Source: a virus (Duplodnaviria > Caudoviricetes). From it: DNA of 48,894 nucleotides. Under the pieces are notes generated by a model, which did no database searches, had not been told where the DNA came from, and saw only the letters and a program-made list of their open reading frames with translations. Both the position numbers and the translations under genes were made by a program. Location of the stretch: IMG/VR virus record IMGVR_UViG_3300046060_000025, positions 1-48,894 of that record, one strand, 5' to 3'. Below are positions 37,042 through 45,802 of the stretch, in pieces. How positions within the stretch are numbered: position 1 is the stretch's first letter; every line of letters starts with the position of its first letter.

Positions 37042-37323
37042 CTATGACTCCCCGGGTTGCGGCGTATCTATCCACTCGACGCGGGTCCGGCCGCCGTGGC
37101 CGTGGACCTCGAGGCAGTCCTCGATGCCGGCCTCGCTGTGGTAGGCGGCGAAGCCGTTCCGCTGCGTTGCGACGCCGTCGGTCCGGTCGTTCCGCCACTG
37201 GAGGTCGACGGCGCCGTCGCCCCAGCAGACGCCGTAGGCGACCGTGCCGGTGCCGGAGACGCCGGATTCGTCCTCGGTCCGGACGAGGCGGAAGCGACGC
37301 GGTCGGTCGGAGTGGTCGGGCAT
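37042..37323 (-). CDS. Conserved phage hypothetical protein
   Basis: RRF.L.R.ED.SGVSGTG.VA.GV.W.DG...HGHGG.T.VEWID, a motif I recall from bacteriophages. Confidence 0.75.
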   Translation of the reverse strand: MPDHSDRPRRFRLVRTEDESGVSGTGTVAYGVCWGDGAVDLQWRNDRTDGVATQRNGFAAYHSEAGIEDCLEVHGHGGRTRVEWIDTPQPGES

Positions 37324-37363
37324 CCCGCAGGGCTACGGGCGCGGCGGGGATAGGGGTTCGGGC

Positions 37364-38221
37364 CTACTCGTTCCGGCAGGACTCGGGGACGATTTTCGGG
37401 ACGCTGGTCCGCCAGTTCACGCGGTGGTGAATGCGGGCGTCGTTCCGGTCGACCAGCTCCTGGAGCGTCACGGACGATGGCGAGTAGAGGACCGTATACA
37501 TACTCTTGATGTACGTGCCCTCATCAAGATATTTCTCCGTCAGGCCACCATCCTTTTGCTGCGTATCGTTTTGGTCGAATGAGACGAAATTCACGGTGAG
37601 GAACACCTTCCCGAGCTGCTGGGCGCGGACGTAGGTCGTTACGTCCTCGTTCACGGCGCCGCGGAAGGCGAACGGGGCGTCCGTCCGGCAGATGAACGTG
37701 TTCATGGCCTTCCGCTTCGCCTGGACGTGCTGCGCGAGCTGCGCCTCCGCACCGCCGATGAAGTCCCCGCCCTGGGCGAAGCAGACGGTATCGAGGTCGG
37801 CGCGCTCCAGGTAGTCGATAGCGTTATCGAACGTCGCGTCGAGGTCCGGGACGTACTCCGTCCCGATGTAGTCGAAGGCCTCGTTGAAGCGGTAGCCGAA
37901 CCAGTTGTAGTCGTCGTCAAGCTGGATGAAGTAGTCGTAGCCGAGGTCCCGCGCGATGGCCCACGACTGGAAGCGGGCGTAGACGACGCCGGCCTTCCGT
38001 TCGGCGTTAATCCCCCGGTCGAACTCGGGCTGCGTCTCGCCCTTATCGACGTAATACACGTGGTCCGCGCCGTATGCGTCGGTGTACGGCTCGACGTCGT
38101 CCGGGTGGTCCACGACCATGACCCAGGGGCCGTCGTAGCCGAAGCGGTCGAGGGCGTCGAGCGTCTGCACCTCGCCGGCGCGGTCGTGCGTCAGGATGAG
38201 TGCAACGAAGTCATGCCGCAT
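37364..38221 (-). CDS. TAGT/GREB1-like glycosyltransferase (GT-A fold)
   Basis: ILTHDRA, VYAR, YFIQLDDDY (DxD), AQGGDFIGG, RKAMN, NEDV, TQ..GG.T..Y...GTY.KS, RIHH...W...PKI. Confidence 0.8.
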   Translation of the reverse strand: MRHDFVALILTHDRAGEVQTLDALDRFGYDGPWVMVVDHPDDVEPYTDAYGADHVYYVDKGETQPEFDRGINAERKAGVVYARFQSWAIARDLGYDYFIQLDDDYNWFGYRFNEAFDYIGTEYVPDLDATFDNAIDYLERADLDTVCFAQGGDFIGGAEAQLAQHVQAKRKAMNTFICRTDAPFAFRGAVNEDVTTYVRAQQLGKVFLTVNFVSFDQNDTQQKDGGLTEKYLDEGTYIKSMYTVLYSPSSVTLQELVDRNDARIHHRVNWRTSVPKIVPESCRNE

Positions 38222-39059
38222 CGCCGGTGACGCCCTCCAGTTCCGTCTCCGCGAAGTCCACGAAGCCCTGCTCGATGGCCTGGTCGACGTCCACGATAAC
38301 GAGCGTCAGGGCCTCGAACACCGCCTGGACCTCCGGTGAGGCGTGGGCGTAGTATTCCGCGATGTGCTCGTAGTCGAAGACGATGTGGCGGTGGGCCGCG
38401 AGACGGGCGAACGCCGCCACGTCCTCCGGGAGGTCGGCGTCGTCGATGACGGCTAGTAGCTCCTGGAACCGCTCGTCGTCGTACAGCGCCGTAAGGGCCG
38501 GCGGCTCGTCCTGCGTCGGCTCGTACTCGGGCGTCTCGATTTTGTCCGTGTATTTCACGTCCATCCCGCCGCCGGCGAGAAGGTCCTGGACGTCGTCCGG
38601 CGCGAGGTCCCGCTCCGCCATCTCGTCCAGGAGGCCGTCCACGTCCTCGTCACGGGCGGCCGTGAGTTCGCGGAGCGGCTCGTCCAGGCCCTCATTGACG
38701 AGCGTGTTGTACTCCTGCGCGTCCAAGAGGTCGTCGTGCGAGCCGTTGATTTTATTCAGCTCCTGCCGGATGACGCGCCGCTGGGCGTCCGTGAGGTCGT
38801 ACCGCTTGATGGGGACCTCCGAGAGCCCGATTTCCTGCGCCGCCTTCCAGCGGTGTTCACCGTCCGCAATCAGGCCATCCTCGTCCACGATGATGGCGTT
38901 TCCTATCCAGCCGCGTGTCCGAATCCGGTCGCAGAGGACGTCGAACAGGTCGTTCGGCATGGTATTCGGGTTGTCATCGTCCACCGATAGCGTTCCCGGG
39001 GCGACCGTGCCCGTCTCGATGGGCTGCGGCAGGTCGTCGAGCGTCAGGTCGTCCGTCAT
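38211..39059 (-). CDS. ParB/Srx N-terminal domain fused to a GT-associated helical domain
   Basis: ATG 39059; NPN...GW...IIVD...IADGEHRWKAA; C-terminal YTDKIETPEYEP...AAHRHIVFDYEHIAEYYAHASPEVQ...AIEQGFV. Confidence 0.85.
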   Translation of the reverse strand: MTDDLTLDDLPQPIETGTVAPGTLSVDDDNPNTMPNDLFDVLCDRIRTRGWIGNAIIVDEDGLIADGEHRWKAAQEIGLSEVPIKRYDLTDAQRRVIRQELNKINGSHDDLLDAQEYNTLVNEGLDEPLRELTAARDEDVDGLLDEMAERDLAPDDVQDLLAGGGMDVKYTDKIETPEYEPTQDEPPALTALYDDERFQELLAVIDDADLPEDVAAFARLAAHRHIVFDYEHIAEYYAHASPEVQAVFEALTLVIVDVDQAIEQGFVDFAETELEGVTGDAA

Positions 39060-39111
39060 GGGCCAGTCTACTACCGGGCTACGGCGGAGGTCGTGTTGAA
39101 GGTTCGGGGCG

Positions 39112-39903
39112 TTAGCCGTCCTTCTGCCAGGCCCGGACGATGTTACTCCAGGTCCCGTCGACCTGCGTGTAGTCCGCCCGAAGATGGTCGAGGATACGGC
39201 GTGAGACGTCCCGGCCGGTCTGGATATGGAGGGGCGTATAGACGGAGTCCGCGTCGTCCGCGAAGTCGTTAAACGTCCACTGCGTGAACAGGAGGCCGTC
39301 CGGCGCGAGGCTCGCTGTGAATGCGTCGATGACGCGCTCCGGGTCCGGGAGGTGTTCCAGCACATCAACGCAGATGATGGCGTCCCACGTCTTATCGACC
39401 TCGCGGAGGTCGAATGACGGCTCATCAATCCGAATCATCGGCGTCTCTCGTGCGCGATACGCCGCGCGGTCCTCGTAGAAGTCGGCGACGACGCCGTCGA
39501 CGTCGGCGTACCACGCCTCGTACTCATTGGAGAGGTACAGGGGGACGTCCCCGACGCCCGCGCCGTAGTCGAGGACGGAGTCTGCGCCGTACTCACGGAG
39601 CCAGCGGTGATACTGCCGTATCTCGGATACCTGCTCGACGTTCCAGAGCATGAGTTCGGGGATATACCAGTCGTTCGATTGGTAGAACTGGAAGACGTCA
39701 GCGGGCGTCTCCGGCGACGCGTCCAGCCAGGCGTCCCGCGTCTGCTCCTGCCAGTATTCTAGGTCGAGGTGTACCTCGAACGGCCGGCCGAGGCTATGCA
39801 TCTCGTCGAACTTATTACGCCTGTACTGCTCGATGCGGTTTGTGAACCCGCCGCCGAACCAGAGGTCGTGACGGATATCGGCGAGGTCGATACCATTCGT
39901 CAT
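39112..39903 (-). CDS. Class I SAM-dependent methyltransferase
   Basis: VLDYGAGVG, WDAIICVDVLEHL, LAPDGLL; no DPPY/PC DNA-MTase motif; ATG 39903 overlaps the upstream stop. Confidence 0.88.
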   Translation of the reverse strand: MTNGIDLADIRHDLWFGGGFTNRIEQYRRNKFDEMHSLGRPFEVHLDLEYWQEQTRDAWLDASPETPADVFQFYQSNDWYIPELMLWNVEQVSEIRQYHRWLREYGADSVLDYGAGVGDVPLYLSNEYEAWYADVDGVVADFYEDRAAYRARETPMIRIDEPSFDLREVDKTWDAIICVDVLEHLPDPERVIDAFTASLAPDGLLFTQWTFNDFADDADSVYTPLHIQTGRDVSRRILDHLRADYTQVDGTWSNIVRAWQKDG

Positions 39904-40673
39904 GAGCCAGTCCCCGGGCGCGCCGGTGTTAAAGGGCCGGCCCCACACGCGGAGCAGAGCGTTAGTTGCGCGTCGTCCTCACGGGCGAAATCCGCCTTCT
40001 CCCACTGGTACCCGGCCCACCGCGATTGTGCCCGCCCGGCGTCCTCGGGGACGTCGAGGTGCCGGAGCCAGTCCGCGTGGGCCGGGTAGCCGGCGGCCTC
40101 CAGGTCGAGTAACTCCATCGGGTCACCGAAGCAGCCGCAGAAGCAGTCGGCGGAGCGGCCTATCGCCTCGCTGACCGGCGAGACCGGGAGGTCGAACGTC
40201 ACCCGGTACTGCCGGACGCGGTCGTCGGTCCAGGCCGCGAGGGGTGCGCGCCAGTCCCACCGGCCGCCACTCCGTTCGCCGTCCGGCTCGACGTGTCGCA
40301 TCCGGCGGTCGCTCTCCCGCCGGCGTATCCCGGTCCAGAAGGTGCAGTCCCCGTCCGTCTCGCTCGCTATCTCGCAGAGCTGGCGGTCCTTGAGCCGCTG
40401 ATACATGAGGAAGTGGCGGGACGGGCCGGGGTAGCCGTATTCGGCCACGATGGCCGGGTACGACGCCGGCGTGGCTCGTATTTCGACCGGCCAGTCGTTC
40501 GACTCGCACCAATTCCGGACCCACGCGCCGTTCTCGTGGACCGCGCCGTCCCCGGGGCCGGTCCCGGTATCGAGATAGACGACGCGCTCCGCGGGGCCGA
40601 AGACCATCGCGGCGTGCGTGGCGGCGACCGAATCCGCGCCGCCGGAGCAGAGCGCGATATGCCGGTCAGCCAT
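39900..40673 (-). CDS. PAPS reductase/DndC-family PP-loop protein
   Basis: SGGADS PP-loop, DTG, GIRRRES..R, PLAAW, CFCGCF. Confidence 0.85.
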   Translation of the reverse strand: MADRHIALCSGGADSVAATHAAMVFGPAERVVYLDTGTGPGDGAVHENGAWVRNWCESNDWPVEIRATPASYPAIVAEYGYPGPSRHFLMYQRLKDRQLCEIASETDGDCTFWTGIRRRESDRRMRHVEPDGERSGGRWDWRAPLAAWTDDRVRQYRVTFDLPVSPVSEAIGRSADCFCGCFGDPMELLDLEAAGYPAHADWLRHLDVPEDAGRAQSRWAGYQWEKADFAREDDAQLTLCSACGAGPLTPARPGTGS

Positions 40674-40878
40674 CCAAGAGGTCGTCGCAAATCCAGTCCA
40701 TCCGGTCGATGCCGTACTCGAGTTCGAGCCGCTCGCGGACGGCTCTCGGGCCGGCGGACCCGCGCAGGAGCAGGTCTAACACGGCCTCCAGGTCCGCGAG
40801 CGTGAGCGCTCCCGTAACGTAGAATCTCTGCGCCCGGGCTATATACTCGTCCCTCACCCCCTCGGGCAGCGCCGTCAT
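40666..40878 (-). CDS. Hypothetical protein
   Basis: ATG 40878 (MTALPEGV...), coupled on both sides. Confidence 0.6.
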   Translation of the reverse strand: MTALPEGVRDEYIARAQRFYVTGALTLADLEAVLDLLLRGSAGPRAVRERLELEYGIDRMDWICDDLLDG

Positions 40879-41288
40879 GGCGGCCGCGGCCCGCCGTCGT
40901 GTCGCGCGACGTGTATCTCGCCGTCCCGGGCGTGAAGGGCGACCTGCTCCTGGCCGAGGGCGGCGGCGTCGAGCGCCTCCGGCGGGAGCGAGAGGATGCA
41001 GGAGTTGCCCTGCTGCCGGATGGTCCGGACGCCGGCGTCCTTCCACGGCTCCGGGACCGTGACGGTGAGGCGGAGCGTCCCACCGCGCGCGGCGGCGTCC
41101 ACGATGGTCGCCTGGAATCGGTCGATGCGGTCGTGGACGCCCTCGGGGACGCGGGCGCCTCGTATCTCGACGGTGACGCGCGGCGGCGTGCGGTCACCGT
41201 CGACCGCGGCCTCCCGGACGTGTGAGTGGTCCGCGGCGTCCGCCGCGAATACCTCGACGCGGGGGCGGGCTTCCTGCGTCTGTCCCAT
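40875..41288 (-). CDS. AbrB/MazE-like swapped-hairpin protein
   Basis: C-terminal RTIRQQGNSCILSLPPEALDAAAL...V.LHARDGEIHV. Confidence 0.65.
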   Translation of the reverse strand: MGQTQEARPRVEVFAADAADHSHVREAAVDGDRTPPRVTVEIRGARVPEGVHDRIDRFQATIVDAAARGGTLRLTVTVPEPWKDAGVRTIRQQGNSCILSLPPEALDAAALGQEQVALHARDGEIHVARHDGGPRPP

Positions 41289-41339
41289 GGGCGGGAATTA
41301 GTCTGTGTTAGGGATAAGCGTTCCGAGGGCGCGAGTCGG

Positions 41340-41945
41340 TTAGATAAACCGGCCGTCGTCATCGCGCTCTTTTTCCTCCGTATGAAGGGATTGATGTTCG
41401 CTCGGGTCTATCGGTTGGAGGTTCGCTTCGCGGTTATCCCACGGAATATCGTTTACGTGGTGGACGTGATTACCGACGACCGCGTCGTACCCAAACCACG
41501 CGACTGCAGCGAGCCGATGGACCCGGACTTGACGCCCGTCTGCACCGCTTATCCACCGTTCGTACCCGTCCCTGCGTGTGTAATAATAGGTATATGGGAC
41601 CCATTTTGGGTTACGGCGTCCGTTATAGTCCCGGTTATCTATTGGAGAGCGCCGCGAAATATCATATTCTTGCATTCGGCGACGTACTGTATTCGCATGA
41701 ATTCCGAGACGCTTACCTACCTCCTTTAATGTGAGTCCCTTACCGTGGTAGAGCCATCGAATTATCACGGGGTTTCCGCCCGATTTCTGCCTTGGGCCCG
41801 GCTTCCGTCGGCGGATATCGTGTTGTTGCATCCGCCTCGATATTGTTGAATTACTCACCCCGACCCGCTCCGCTATCTCCGCCTGCGTCAGGCCCTCCTC
41901 GTGGTATAGCCGCCGGAGCGTCTCGGCGTCGACGTCCGGCGTCAC
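41340..41945 (-). CDS. HNH homing-type endonuclease with two N-terminal HTHs
   Basis: LYH.EGLT..E twice; VHRLAA...HVHHVN...DNREANL...SEH..LH; AT-rich. Confidence 0.88.
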   Translation of the reverse strand: MTPDVDAETLRRLYHEEGLTQAEIAERVGVSNSTISRRMQQHDIRRRKPGPRQKSGGNPVIIRWLYHGKGLTLKEVGKRLGIHANTVRRRMQEYDISRRSPIDNRDYNGRRNPKWVPYTYYYTRRDGYERWISGADGRQVRVHRLAAVAWFGYDAVVGNHVHHVNDIPWDNREANLQPIDPSEHQSLHTEEKERDDDGRFI

Positions 41946-42391
41946 TCCTCAATCACCCGGCGGACCTCGTACACGAACTCATCCACATCCTTCCCAGCGT
42001 CGGCGGCGTACGTCCGTAGTGCCGGATTATCCGGGGCCAGCATGTTATCGACCGGCCGCGGACTCTCCACCGCCTTCTCGGCGTACTCCCGCGCTTCCTC
42101 CGTAATAGAGTCTCGCCGTTGTTGTATCCGCGTATCTATCCGCTCCAGGTCACGTTGCTTCTTCGAGAGGCGCGCCTCCAGGTCGCTTATCTCCTGTTTC
42201 AGCTCTCGGACGTCCTCCTCGACCTGTTCCCGTTCAACTAGGAGGGCGGCCTCCGCCGTATCACCGGTTGCGGCGTACCGCTGGGCGAGGTCCCGCATTA
42301 CCCCGGACAGGTTCGTATGGGACCCACCCACCCGCCGCTTCGTATCGCTATCGATACGGAAGGTTATCTTCTCGTCACCCATCCGCACCAC
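41942..42391 (-). CDS. Ribbon-helix-helix plus coiled-coil regulator
   Basis: KITFRIDSDTK...NLSGVMRDL, then heptads. Confidence 0.7.
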   Translation of the reverse strand: MVRMGDEKITFRIDSDTKRRVGGSHTNLSGVMRDLAQRYAATGDTAEAALLVEREQVEEDVRELKQEISDLEARLSKKQRDLERIDTRIQQRRDSITEEAREYAEKAVESPRPVDNMLAPDNPALRTYAADAGKDVDEFVYEVRRVIEE

Positions 42392-42403
42392 CCCGGCGGT
42401 ACG

Positions 42404-42490
42404 GGTGTAAGTCTTGTCTTAACGCTTCCACTAGGCAACGCGCCCTAGGCGCGTTGCCGTACGTGGAAGCGTATAGACTTGTCTTACACC
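42404..42490. repeat. Long imperfect inverted repeat, AT-rich flank
   Basis: GGCAACGCGCC-CTA-GGCGCGTTGCC core, plus ACGCTTCCAC/GTGGAAGCGT and GGTGTAAG/CTTACACC arms. Confidence 0.85.
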
Positions 42491-42549
42491 GTCTTACTAT
42501 TCTTACGTTCCGGGCGCTTTTGCCGCTTCTTGCTCTTTCTATCATTATT

Positions 42550-42951
42550 TTAGTATTCTCCGCTATCCCCGGCCGCTTCCGCCCCGCTATCAGGGCGTTC
42601 CGCCGGTCGTACCCGTCCGTCTACCTCGAATAGTAACCCGCGCCGCTCCGCCGCTTCGTACTCGGCCCTCGCCTCCCGCCTACTCATTCCACGACGCTCC
42701 ATCTCGCCGAGTAGGTCCCGTTCGGAAACGCCCCCTGAGGCGTCTCCGTCGGTATGTTGGTATTGACAGGCGAGAAGGATACGGCGGGCGTCCGTCCCCG
42801 GCCACGCCTCACCGGCGTCTATAGCCTGCATCAGCCGCTGATACCGGAGGTTATCGAGACGGTCCTCCAGTTCATTCTTCTCCCGCTCTAGGTCAGCTAT
42901 CGTCTCGTCCAGCCGTTCACGCCGGCCGGACTCGTGTGTATCCTCGGTCAT
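42550..42951 (-). CDS. Coiled-coil plus C-terminal winged-helix protein
   Basis: GVSERDLLGEMERRGMS...ERRGLLFEVDGRVRP resembles the archaeal MCM C-terminal wHTH. Confidence 0.6.
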   Translation of the reverse strand: MTEDTHESGRRERLDETIADLEREKNELEDRLDNLRYQRLMQAIDAGEAWPGTDARRILLACQYQHTDGDASGGVSERDLLGEMERRGMSRREARAEYEAAERRGLLFEVDGRVRPAERPDSGAEAAGDSGEY

Positions 42952-43213
42952 GGCGCTCCGACCGGGAGACTCAAGATGCCGCGGGGAGAACCCACAGGTG
43001 CGGTCCAGCGTTCCTGCGGGCCGGCCTCCCCCGGCCTCTTGGACTCCGGTCAGGAGCTACGTCTTCAGCCTCGGGCTTAGTCCTTCCCCCGTCCCGGGAC
43101 CGGGCCGTGGAGTCCCATAGCGCGCCTACGTGGCGCGTGAGCGGCGCGACGCCCCGCGGCCGGGAGAAGCGTCCGCCGCGGCGTCCAACGTCTCTCACGC
43201 CGCCTCAGGCGCC

Positions 43214-43561
43214 TCACAGGCAGCCGTCCTCGACCATCGCCGCCAGCGCCGCGTCCTGGCCCGTCAGGCCGCGGATAGCGGCCTCCGCCTCGGCCGCCGC
43301 TCTTATTTCGTCCTCATCGAGTAGGTGCTGCTTATACGCCACGAGCGCGGCGACGGCGCGGGCCGCGTCGACCTCCCGGAGCCGGACCGCCTCGTCCGCC
43401 GCCGTCTTGTCCAGCGTCGTCTCGACGCGCGCCGCCTGGTCACGCTCCGCCTCGAGGCCGCCGACCGCGAGGAAGCCCTGCGCGTGCGAGAGCGCCGCGC
43501 GAATCCGCGCTCGGTCATCCGCCGGTACGTCGTACGTCGTGACGGTCGTCGGGTCGTCCAT
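43214..43561 (-). CDS. Hypothetical protein
   Basis: 115 aa, Ala-rich, GGTGA SD-like sequence upstream. Confidence 0.6.
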   Translation of the reverse strand: MDDPTTVTTYDVPADDRARIRAALSHAQGFLAVGGLEAERDQAARVETTLDKTAADEAVRLREVDAARAVAALVAYKQHLLDEDEIRAAAEAEAAIRGLTGQDAALAAMVEDGCL

Positions 43562-43605
43562 ACCTGAGTCACCTCAATCGGTGGGCGGGGCCGTCCCGCC
43601 CGGAG

Positions 43606-43650
43606 TCTCCACCCGGGGAGTCGAACCCCGACGCGAGGGCCGCCGTGGAG
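43606..43650 (-). ncRNA. tRNA-like element (acceptor stem plus T-arm, no D or anticodon arm)
   Basis: CTCCACG-gcggccctcgcgt-CGGGG TTCGACT CCCCG-GGTGGAG-A. Confidence 0.55.
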
Positions 43651-43666
43651 GAACCGCCTCGCCGCC

Positions 43667-45040
43667 CTACTCGTAGACGACGTGGTCGCCACAACGCTCG
43701 CACTCGTGGAAGTCGAGGACGCCCGCCTCCTCGGCCGCCGCCGCCGTCTCCCGGTAGTCGCAGCCCTGGCAGGAGACGTACTCGACGTCGCCGGCCCACG
43801 CGGCCACCTCGGCCTCCCGGAACGGGCAGCCGTCGAGGTTGTCCTTGACTATCTGCTGGACCGTGTTCCGCTCCGTCTCCCGCTGGTCGTAGAGCGCCGC
43901 CACCACGTCCGTCTCGAAGGCCGTGACGACGGCGTCATCCGTCCCGGCCTGCATGAGCGCGTAGGCGCTCTGCGCCACGGAGATGAGGCTGGAGGTCGGA
44001 ATCCCGGAGCGGACCTCGCTGGTCGCGTCCGCCGCCTGCGCCCGGACCTGGTTCGCCGTCTCGACAATGAGGTCGCTAAGCCGGGCGCCGGCGGGCGTCC
44101 GCTCGGTGAGGACGTCCGCCTCCCGCTGCGGGAAGTTGACGCCCAGGTAATCGACGTTGAAGCGCCCGGCGTTGCTGAGCCGGCGCTTGACTGCGAAGTC
44201 GATATCCTGGACCCCGTGGTAGTCGCCGCTCCCCTTCGGGTTGATGGTGGAGACCACGATGAGGTTCTGCCGGACGCCCCGGACCTGCTCGCCACCGCGC
44301 TGGTCGAGCGTGACCTCGCACCGGGAGTCCAGGGCGCTCATGAGCGTGGAGTGAACCTCGGGCCGGGCGCGGTTCGCCTCGTCCACGATGAGGACCACCG
44401 GCCCCTCGCGGGACGCGAGGAGCGCCTTCGTGAGCGGGCCGTCGTTCCAGACCGTCTCGGTGCCGCCGTCGCCGCTGGAGCGGACGGTCGCCTTCCCGAG
44501 GAGGCTCGCCGGACTCATGTCGTACGTCATCTGGAGCGTGACGACGGGCCACCCGCGCTCGGCGGCGAGCCACTCCGCCAGCGTCGTCTTGCCGCAGCCG
44601 GTGGGGCCGCCGAGGAGGAAGGCCGGCTCCTGGTTCGTGGCGTGCCGGGCGTCGACCTTCGCGGTTATCTCGTCCCACTCGCCGTTACTCGGGATGTATT
44701 CGTGCGTCTCGTCCTCGCTCGGGACCATCGTGCTGAAGTCGTAGTCCCGCTCGACGGGCGGAACGCTCTCGGGGAGGTCGTTCGTCATCTCGGGGACGGC
44801 CGTCGTCGCCTCGCCGACGTCCGGGAGGTCCTGCGGCGCCGCGTCCGCCTCGTCGTCGGCCGCCTCGGGGAGGAAGTACGTGTAGGACCGGCCGTCGCGT
44901 TCCCGCTCGACCCGGCCGGCCTCCCGCAGCTTCTTGATATGGTGGCCGACCGTGTTCGGATGCTCGTCGAGGGCGTCCGCTATCTGCTGGGTGGTTGCCG
45001 CGCCGTGCGCTAGTTCGTCGATGACGTCATGCGTTTCCAT
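43667..45040 (-). CDS. MoxR/CbbQ/CobS-type AAA+ ATPase with N-terminal wHTH and C-terminal Zn ribbon
   Basis: GPTGCGKT, WNDGPL, LIVDEANRA, STINP..DYHG..IDFAVKRR; N-terminal TTQQIADALDEHPNTVGHHIKKL..GRV; CQGC..CERC. Confidence 0.92.
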   Translation of the reverse strand: METHDVIDELAHGAATTQQIADALDEHPNTVGHHIKKLREAGRVERERDGRSYTYFLPEAADDEADAAPQDLPDVGEATTAVPEMTNDLPESVPPVERDYDFSTMVPSEDETHEYIPSNGEWDEITAKVDARHATNQEPAFLLGGPTGCGKTTLAEWLAAERGWPVVTLQMTYDMSPASLLGKATVRSSGDGGTETVWNDGPLTKALLASREGPVVLIVDEANRARPEVHSTLMSALDSRCEVTLDQRGGEQVRGVRQNLIVVSTINPKGSGDYHGVQDIDFAVKRRLSNAGRFNVDYLGVNFPQREADVLTERTPAGARLSDLIVETANQVRAQAADATSEVRSGIPTSSLISVAQSAYALMQAGTDDAVVTAFETDVVAALYDQRETERNTVQQIVKDNLDGCPFREAEVAAWAGDVEYVSCQGCDYRETAAAAEEAGVLDFHECERCGDHVVYE

Positions 45041-45110
45041 CGTGGGTCACCTGCTACACCCTCCAGTACGCAGGGGTTTCCTATAAAGGTTTCCCTCCGG
45101 GAAAGTTCCG
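45041..45110 (-). promoter_or_regulatory. Conserved viral promoter/leader, copy 3
   Basis: GGAAACCTTTATA-N24-GTAGCAGGTGACCCACG-ATG; 28 bp identical to copy 1 and a 17-bp upstream block shared with copy 2. Confidence 0.85.
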
Positions 45111-45449
45111 AAGATTCGGGGACATCAGGCACCGACACGCCCGTTCGTGGTCGTTGCGTCGGGGCGAGACGCCCGGGGAGCGCCGCGGCGGCGACTGGAC
45201 CGCGCCGTGACCCGGGTCGCGCTGCTGTTGTGCGTCACTCGGACGCGGCCGCTATCTCCGGTCCGCACGGCGCGCGCTCGGCGGGTAAAAGCGGGAGGGG
45301 GATGGGGGTCGGAGCGCGGGCCGCGGCCGGAGACGGCTGCGGTCGAAGCAGGTGAACCACGACGGACAACCGATGACCCGCCGCGGCCCGCGGTGAGGCG
45401 TAGGGACCGCGCGCCTAAGAGTCCCCGGGGTCGCCGGCGGCGCCGAGGC

Positions 45450-45797
45450 TCATCCGAACGTCCCCGTCCGGTCCTCGGTCGGGTGCTGATACGCCCGCGC
45501 CGGCGGCCACACGTCCGGGAGGCGGCCCCGGCACGCCTCGCACAGCGCGTCCTCGAGACAGAAGGCGTGGAGGTCCGGCCAGTGCCCGACCTGGCTCACG
45601 CGGAGGACGTGCGGCGTGTCGCGGTCCACGCGGCCCTGGCTGTTCGCCGCGTCCAGGGCCAGCCCGCAGAGTGCCCTCCCCCCGGCCGCCTCGCTCGCCT
45701 CGTAGCGGGCCGGCGGCCCGTAGACCGCCTTGGCCGTCTCCACATCGAGCGTGAAGCCGTGATGCGGCCGACTCCAGCGGTTGATGAATAGCGTCAC
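45450..45797 (-). CDS. Cys/His hypothetical protein
   Basis: PHH...ALCG...LCEAC. Confidence 0.6.
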   Translation of the reverse strand: MTLFINRWSRPHHGFTLDVETAKAVYGPPARYEASEAAGGRALCGLALDAANSQGRVDRDTPHVLRVSQVGHWPDLHAFCLEDALCEACRGRLPDVWPPARAYQHPTEDRTGTFG

Positions 45798-45802
45798 CGT
45801 AG

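Noticed and set aside
39112-39903. DNA adenine/cytosine methyltransferase
   Set aside because: Lacks DPPY/NPPY/SPPY and PC catalytic motifs.
43020-43090. Hammerhead ribozyme (minus-strand CTGAAGA)
   Set aside because: No downstream stem II plus GAAA core.
43583-43670. Complete tRNA gene
   Set aside because: Only 13 nt between acceptor strand and T-arm; no D arm or anticodon arm.
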